64,000 nucleotides of DNA from Octopus bimaculoides. Lineage: Eukaryota. Location: positions 15,968,900-16,032,899 of the forward strand of contig NC_069001.1 of the NCBI RefSeq assembly GCF_001194135.2. The letters run 5' to 3'. A model generated the notes under the pieces. It was not told the DNA's origin and searched no databases. It was given only the letters and a program-made list of their open reading frames with translations. Below are positions 1 to 64,000 of the stretch, piece by piece (position 1 is the stretch's first letter; each line of letters starts with the position of its first letter). A program made the position numbers and the translations under genes.

Positions 1-115
1 CAGCGTGCCGACGTTGAGAGTGCCAATCCTAACAGTATGGGTGTTGGGGGTGTGGGCCTGTAGCCTGGGAAGGGGAAAAGCAGTGTCGTGTACCTGACTT
101 GGAAAAGTTCAGGAC
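1..115 (-). mobile_element. 5' part of an RTE-clade LINE ORF (start of the AP-endonuclease domain), running off the left edge
   Basis: Minus strand translates HTVRIGTLNVGTL, matching the RIGT(W/L)NV.TL start of APE domains of non-LTR retrotransposons. Confidence 0.6.
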
Positions 116-1501
116 AACTTATTACATCTGGGAAAGTACAGAACAAGAAAATTTTTACTTAAAATATTGCAGCTAAGGATAAAATTTCAATATTAAAAAT
201 TATTTGATTTTAATTTACAAAGTAACATTATAATTAAAAAAAATTTTAATTTCTACTCTGGGCACAAGTGCATAACTGGTACTTATTTCATCGACCCCAA
301 AAGGATGAAAGGCAAAGTCGACCTCGGCGAAATTCGAACTCAGAACATAGCAGCTGACTGAGTTCAAATTCTACCAAGGTCAATTAGATGTGTGTATGTG
401 TGTTTGCACCCACCTCCCCATTGCTTGACAACCAACCGATTTTGGTGTGTTAACATTCCTGTGACTTACTTGTTTGGCATAAGACACTGACAGGCTTGAC
501 AAAAAAAGTACTGGGGCTGATTCATTCGACTAAAATCTTTTCAAGGTGGCACTCCAGCATGGCCAGTCTGACTGAAACAAGGAAAAGGTAAAAGATAATG
601 ACAGAATTTTGATTTCAACACCCCATATAAAACCCTCATAACTCTTTTTATTTTGGGGGAATTTTAGGAAAACTTTTGCACATTTCTGTTCTACACACCG
701 GAATTTATGATGTTTATGATAAATCTTTCTATGAAAATAGTTTAACTCCACACAAACGTATTTGTATGTATATATCTATGTGTGTGACTTTATGCCTGTT
801 TGCACACTCACATACACACAATCACTTGACAACCAATGTTGGTGTGTTTACATCCCTGTAACGTAGCAGTTCAGTAAAATTTGACCATTAGAATAAGTAC
901 TAGGCTTAAAAAAAACATAAGTTCTGGGGTCAATTCATTCAATGGCTTCTCTCCTGTATGAGTGGTTAAGTGACTTGACTGAGAGAATCATTTACCACAG
1001 ATATTGTATATACGACGGGCTTCTTTCAGTTTCTGACTACAAAATCAACTTACAACGTTTTGATCAGCCTCAAATTATAATAGAAGACACTTGTGTAAGG
1101 TGCCACACAGTGGGACTGAACCTGGAACCAAATGATTAGGAAGCAAACTTCTAACCACACTGCCATGCTTGTACCTGTATGTATGTAACAGATTGATTGA
1201 ATAAGCGGGCTTAAGAATATTAGGGTTGATTATTTTGATTAAACCCTTCAAAGCAGTGGCCCAGCATAGTTGCAGTTCAATGACTGAAACAAGTAACAGT
1301 GGTGTGTTTATGTCCCCATAACTTAGTGGTTAGGCAAAAGAGATCAATAAAATAAGTACCAGGCTTTAAAAAAAGATAGAAGATAGTTGGAAAACAGGCA
1401 TTCTGAAAAAAGTTTAAAATGAAGAATTTAGGGGGTGGGGGATTTCAAAATGCCGATTTTTGCCAATGTTTTGCAGATTCGAATTCTCTGTAGCCGAAAA
1501 C

Positions 1502-1715
1502 GGGTACTACTAAAGCAGCGCGGACCCGAACGCGCAGTCGCGCTAGCTAGTCTTGAGTGGTCGATCCTAACCCTAACCCTAACCCTATCCCTATCCCTAA
1601 CCCGCGTGTGCAAATGAATACGTGTTTAGGGTTAGGGTTAGGGTCGACCACTCACGACTAGCTAGAGCGGACGCGCGACTGCGCGTTCGGGTCCGCGCTG
1701 CTTTAGTAGTACCCC
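1502..1715. mobile_element. GC-rich foldback element with internal telomeric repeats
   Basis: Perfect 42-bp inverted repeat (1502-1543/1673-1714) plus a 37/39 inner inverted repeat (1544-1582/1626-1664) containing CCCTAA and TTAGGG units. Flanked by the direct repeat GAAAAC. Confidence 0.7.
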
Positions 1716-2585
1716 GAAAACGGGGGTTTGTGTAGAAATATAAAAAAATTAAATTAAAAAAGAAGGGGAATTTGGGGTTACAAAAGGAAGTCTTGCCCAA
1801 TAAACCTTGTTGGTTACAGCTTTCTATTAGATTTGTCAATGATTCGCTACAATTTTCTTGGTCAGAGTGGCAAGGGAGTGTCTGTAACTCGGTGCTAGAC
1901 AATATCAAGGATTTCGCTCGAAAAAAACTGGTTGTTTTTAGCTTTATCGCCATTGTTTACATACTTTGTTGATCTTCGAAAGATAGCTCTATGTAGCATT
2001 ACGCATCTTCTATACTTCTCTCTCTGCCTATGTCTATCTCTATCAATCTATCTAAATGTATGTGTTCACATTAGTTTCAAATTTTGGCACAAGGCCAGCA
2101 GTTTCAGCGTACGAGTTAAGTCGATTACATTGATTCCAGTGCTCAACTGGTACTTGTTTTATCGATCATCAAAGAATGAAATGCAAAATCGTCCTCAATG
2201 GGGGGAGGGGAGAGGAAGTCTTTCCTGTTCATCAGTTGCGACGCAAATTAAAACAAAAACAACTTATTTTCAGGTCCATAACAAAAAACAAAAACAACAA
2301 CAAAAAAAAGGAGCTCGAAAAGTAACCTCGAGCTCGTGCATCACTAAAGCATATTTGAGATCCTTTATAAAATATTTGACTTCTGATTTAGGCACAAGGC
2401 CAGCAATTTGAAAGAAGTCGAGTTAGTCGACATTAGTACTTGATCGGTACTTTAACTTTACCGACTGCGGAGAGATGAAAGTCAAAGCTGAACCTGAGGA
2501 AGATTTGAATTTAAAATGTACGAAGCCAGAACAAATACCAACAGACATGCTTCTTTTTTTTTTTTTTTTTTCTTCCAAGGCTCTA

Positions 2586-2700
2586 CCAATACCGCCAATT
2601 CTAAAGAATCAATTAAAAATTAAATCAACCAATGAGAATGGGTTAATTTAACAACTTCCGGTTCCACAGGAAGTTGTTAATTTGGATTTACGCAATACAC
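2586..2700 (+). promoter_or_regulatory. Probable TATA-less core promoter of DHX33: inverted ETS pair, CCAAT boxes and a bZIP-like palindrome
   Basis: ACTTCCGG (2654-2661) and CAGGAAGT (2667-2674) lie inside a perfect 12-bp inverted repeat (2648-2659/2669-2680). CCAAT occurs near 2586, 2595 and 2629, and TTACGCAA at 2688-2695. All are ~100-200 nt upstream of the first candidate ATG. Confidence 0.55.
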
Positions 2701-2791
2701 GTGTTTTAGAAAGCGAAGGGACTTGGAAAGAAAACAACCGTCTGGGGGGTCTTTTTTATGTAATATATTAATTTATATTGAAGAAAACACA

Positions 2792-60286
<57,495 letters not shown>

Positions 60287-60384
60287 GTTTGACTCTATAT
60301 TTAATTTTTCACTTTTTATTTCTATTTTTAATCTTTCATTTTGCACACACAATTAATCTCCCCCTATCATCTACACCAGGTGTG

Positions 60385-60491
<107 letters not shown>

Positions 60492-62369
60492 ATGTGTGTG
60501 CTGAAGATAAATCACATTTACTTCATTTCCTTTCTATTTAGGTACACACGTCAGTTCGAGTCATTAATAGTAATAATGGTGGTGGTAGCGGTTTCTAATT
60601 TTAGGTACAAAGCCAGCAATTCTGGAGTAGGGGCGATGCTTCTACCAATCCAGAATCCTAATAATAATTGTAGTAGTGGTAGTAGTTGTAATTTTTTTAT
60701 TCGTCACAAGGGCTTAAAAGGAAAGAGAGAGGAACTATTCAAAAGGAGAGGATATAATATTGTGAAGGATTTGCATAAAATATGTTAAGATAGAATAACA
60801 AAAACAAGAAATAACAACAAAATAACAGTTAAAATCCCCAGTTTGAGAGGAGGCCAGTCAAGGAAAACCCCTAACATAACCTGGTTTAACTTGGATTATC
60901 TTGACCAGCAACAGCAAGTGCCCCTCTCCAATTTGTTGTTTTCCTTTGCATGCTCAAAGTAGGCCCATTCACTCAGGGGCACTTACACCCACCCTTCAAG
61001 AAATTTATTGTGTAGCACCTCTCTCTCTATTCCCACCTTCCTTTCTAAGCGCATTTCAAAAATGTTGATAAGGACAGAGCTGAAGAGGAGGCAAGCTTCT
61101 GTCCTCATACATTTCAGTCTTGTCCTCCATACAAACTCTTTCATCTTAGCCACCAGGTAGAGGAAAATTGCCTGACCTTTCCAGCCAAAGAAAGGTGATA
61201 GATGATGCTTACATTCGTCACTATCATCAGTGTTTTAACATCCACTTTTCCATGAATTCATGAGTGATACAGAATTCAATGAGGCAGATTTTTCTATGGC
61301 TGTTGCTTATGTATTTGCTTTGCAAGATTCCTGATGGGAAATTATGTGTCAAAATATCCCCAAATATAACAAAATATATATGTGTGTGTATGTATATACT
61401 TATATATAAAAATATATAAAGCAAGAAGATGGAAAGACCAGGCTTTAATTGCAAATCACAACAATTGTTTCTGTGCAATAGTGACAACTGTTGCTGAGAT
61501 TTCCATAACATACTACTACATAAATTATTATATAAAAATAATTACATAAATAACCATGATCCAGCAGCAGCTGTCTACCAGCACATTATCAGGTGAGTGG
61601 CTTTGAAAGCACTGCTGGATCATGTTCAGTTTCCCCATCCCTTTGTATTATTAACATTCTCTCTAATACCAACAAAAAGGAAAAAAAAACAGGTCCAGAA
61701 CTGGGTGTAGAAGGAAAAAACAAAATTGTATACACCTAGAAGGCTATATACACAAAAATCATATTCACAAAACCATGTGCACCTAGAAAACCTAGAATTA
61801 ATCTTAAGGACTAGGAAAGTAATTTTCATTGATTCAATGAGTAGATGAATCCTTTAGCATTTAAACTGACCATATCTGGCCAAAATACTCTACCTGTTTT
61901 ATGTTCAAACTGGCCAGGTTTTGTTTCTCACAAGATCATTCTAAAAAATTAACAATTCATCATTATTATCATGTCTGTTTATATAGGCATGATACTCTTT
62001 TCCTTGTAGAAAAAAATGTTGGGTAAGTATCTTCTACTGTAGCCTTTGGTTGCCCAAAGCCTTGTGAGTGGATTTGGTAGATGGAAACTGAAAGAAGCCT
62101 GTTGTATATGTATATATGTATGTATCTTTGTGTGTGTGTTTTTGTGTCCCCATAACATAGCGGTTTGCCAAAAGAAACCAATAGGATAAGTCCTCGGCTT
62201 AAGAAGTAAATCCTGGGGTCGATTTCTCTGACTAAAACCCTTCAAGGCAGTGCTTCAGCATGGCCACAGTCAAATGACTGAAACAAATAAAAGAATATAT
62301 ATATATGCACACACACACACACACACAGGTTCTATTCATTAAAGCCCCCACCCCTCAAATCTTCGCAAA

Positions 62370-62407
62370 CTGTTACTCAGAGTTTCACGTGACCATTTGT
62401 CAGACAA
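62370..62407 (-). ncRNA. Minimalist hammerhead relic (G8-to-A core change) in a Penelope-like fragment
   Basis: Minus strand UUGU-CUGACAA-AUG-GUCA-CGU-GAAA-CUCUGAG-UA^ACAG. Confidence 0.5.
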
Positions 62408-63559
62408 TTTTTCTAGCTTTAATAAATAGTATATTACTCTACCTTTGGTAATTGACTACTATTTTTCCACCTTATTTTGCATGTATGTGCTTACTTGTGT
62501 GTGTGTAATTGGCTCCCATGCAGGTGGAATGTAAAAAATACCTTTTGAGTGAGTCCGTTGCCAGTACCGTGCAACTGGCCCTCGTGCCGGTGGCACGTAA
62601 AAGCACCAACTACACTCTCGGAGTGGTTGGCATTAGGAAGGGCATCCAGCTGTAGAAACTCTGCCAGATCAGATTGGAGCCTGGTGCAGCCATCCAGTTC
62701 ACCAGTCCTCAGTCAAATCGTCCAACCCATGCTAGCATGGAAAGCGGACGTTAAACGATGATGATGATATACATAACAGAGAAATATAAGCAATGTTCCA
62801 AAAAAAAAACGCGTTTTGTAAATCTCTGCTTTCAAACAAAATACATAGACAGTTTCTTGTCACTTTTACCATCACAGTGAACCAGTAATTAGCCAATTAG
62901 AAGTCTGCAAGCATTGACATGTTTTGAATGATGCAGTTTTAGGTACACTATAATAGTCCTGATAAAAAAATGTCAGGATGGTCACAGATAGAATGTCTTT
63001 GATCATATAACAGCTCAGTGAAGACTGGCCCAGTGCCAAAAAAACAATAATTTGCATTTTCCATCGTCAGCATTTAACTTCCACTATTCCACTGTTCCTT
63101 CCTAGAATGGTTCATTAGAATTTGTTGAGGAACATTTTCTACTGCAGGATGCTCTTACTGTTGTCAACCCTTGCCTTGTTTCCAAGCAAGGTTATATTTC
63201 ACCATGTTTTTACCGAAGGATGGATGTAGACAACACTGCTTGTACTTTGGTGACATTCATTTTGCAGCCATCATGCAATGTCAAGAACAAGGAGACACAA
63301 ACCACCCCACCTACCCACACACATACATATGTTTTATCATTTACTTGTTTAAGTCATTGGACTGCAGCCATGCTGGAGCACTGCCTTGAAGAAATTTTAG
63401 TCAAATGAATCAACCCCAGTACTAATCTTTTTTTAAGCCTGGCACTTATTCTGTTAGTCTTCTGCCAAACCACTAAGTAATGGGGGACATAAACACACCA
63501 ACACCGGTTGTCAAGCAGTAGTAGGGGACAAACACACACACACACACACATATATATAT

Positions 63560-63594
<35 letters not shown>

Positions 63595-63601
63595 CATATA
63601 G

Positions 63602-63642
<41 letters not shown>

Positions 63643-64000
63643 NNNNNNNNNNNNNNNNNNNNNNNNNNNNNNNNNNNNNNNNNNNNNNNNNNNNNNNNNN
63701 NNNNNNNNNNNNNNNNNNNNNNNNNNNNNNNNNNNNNNNNNNNNNNNNNNNNTATATATCATCATCATCATCATCGTTTAACGTCTGCTTTCAATGCTAG
63801 CATGGGTTGGACGATTTGACTGAGGACTGGTGAACCAGATGGCTGCACCAGGCTCCAATCTGATTTGGCAGAGTTTTTACAGCTGGATGCCCTTCCTAAC
63901 ACCAACCATTCCGAGAGTGTAGGTATATATATATATATGTGTGTGTGATCCATCTCAGCCTGCCATAAATCTATTCTAATAGCAACATGGGTCACTGATG

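Noticed and set aside
1566-1644. Interstitial telomere fusion site
   Set aside because: A fusion gives (TTAGGG)n then (CCCTAA)n. Here the order is reversed and the repeats lie inside long non-telomeric inverted arms.
2220-2240. Other CTGATGA/TCATCAG hits (e.g. 2230, 24108, 26205, 36801, 63063) as hammerheads
   Set aside because: No correctly spaced GAAA with a pairable stem II.
1932-2411. 159-aa ORF as a separate gene
   Set aside because: Made of decayed SINE pieces, a TCTA-type microsatellite and A-runs, with no recognisable domain or splice context.
61540-61600. Possible further DHX33 exon ending ATTATCAG|GTGAGT
   Set aside because: The donor is good, but no frame resembles the expected next segment (recalled as RCL..GLF/SLF), and no clear acceptor was found.

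Overview
Eukaryotic genomic DNA, AT-rich and dense in microsatellites and repeats. The repeat landscape looks like an octopus (coleoid cephalopod); that assignment is inferred. There are eight N-gaps. One protein-coding gene spans almost the whole window on the + strand: a DEAH-box RNA helicase that best matches DHX33. Seventeen exons could be traced by hand with compatible splice phases from about 2792 to 60286. The DEAH-motif exon must lie in the gap at 11376-12208, and the 3' end is beyond the window. The introns contain several tRNA-derived SINE families, many 5'-truncated RTE-clade LINE copies with (GAT)n tails, an L2/CR1-like RT fragment, a mariner remnant and hAT-, pogo- and piggyBac-type MITEs. 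Three observations stand out. (1) Several different minimalist type-I hammerhead ribozyme motifs, Penelope-like in style, sit in the introns. Every intact or near-intact one is antisense to the gene, and the one sense copy has a broken core. (2) Perfect or near-perfect foldback inverted repeats are anchored on (TA)n tracts, and one of them is centred exactly on a hammerhead stem-III palindrome. (3) A ~215-bp GC-rich foldback with internal telomeric CCCTAA/TTAGGG arrays lies ~1 kb upstream of the promoter. No CRISPR, rRNA or true tRNA genes were seen. Most ORFs in the supplied track are artefacts of gaps, microsatellites or repeats.
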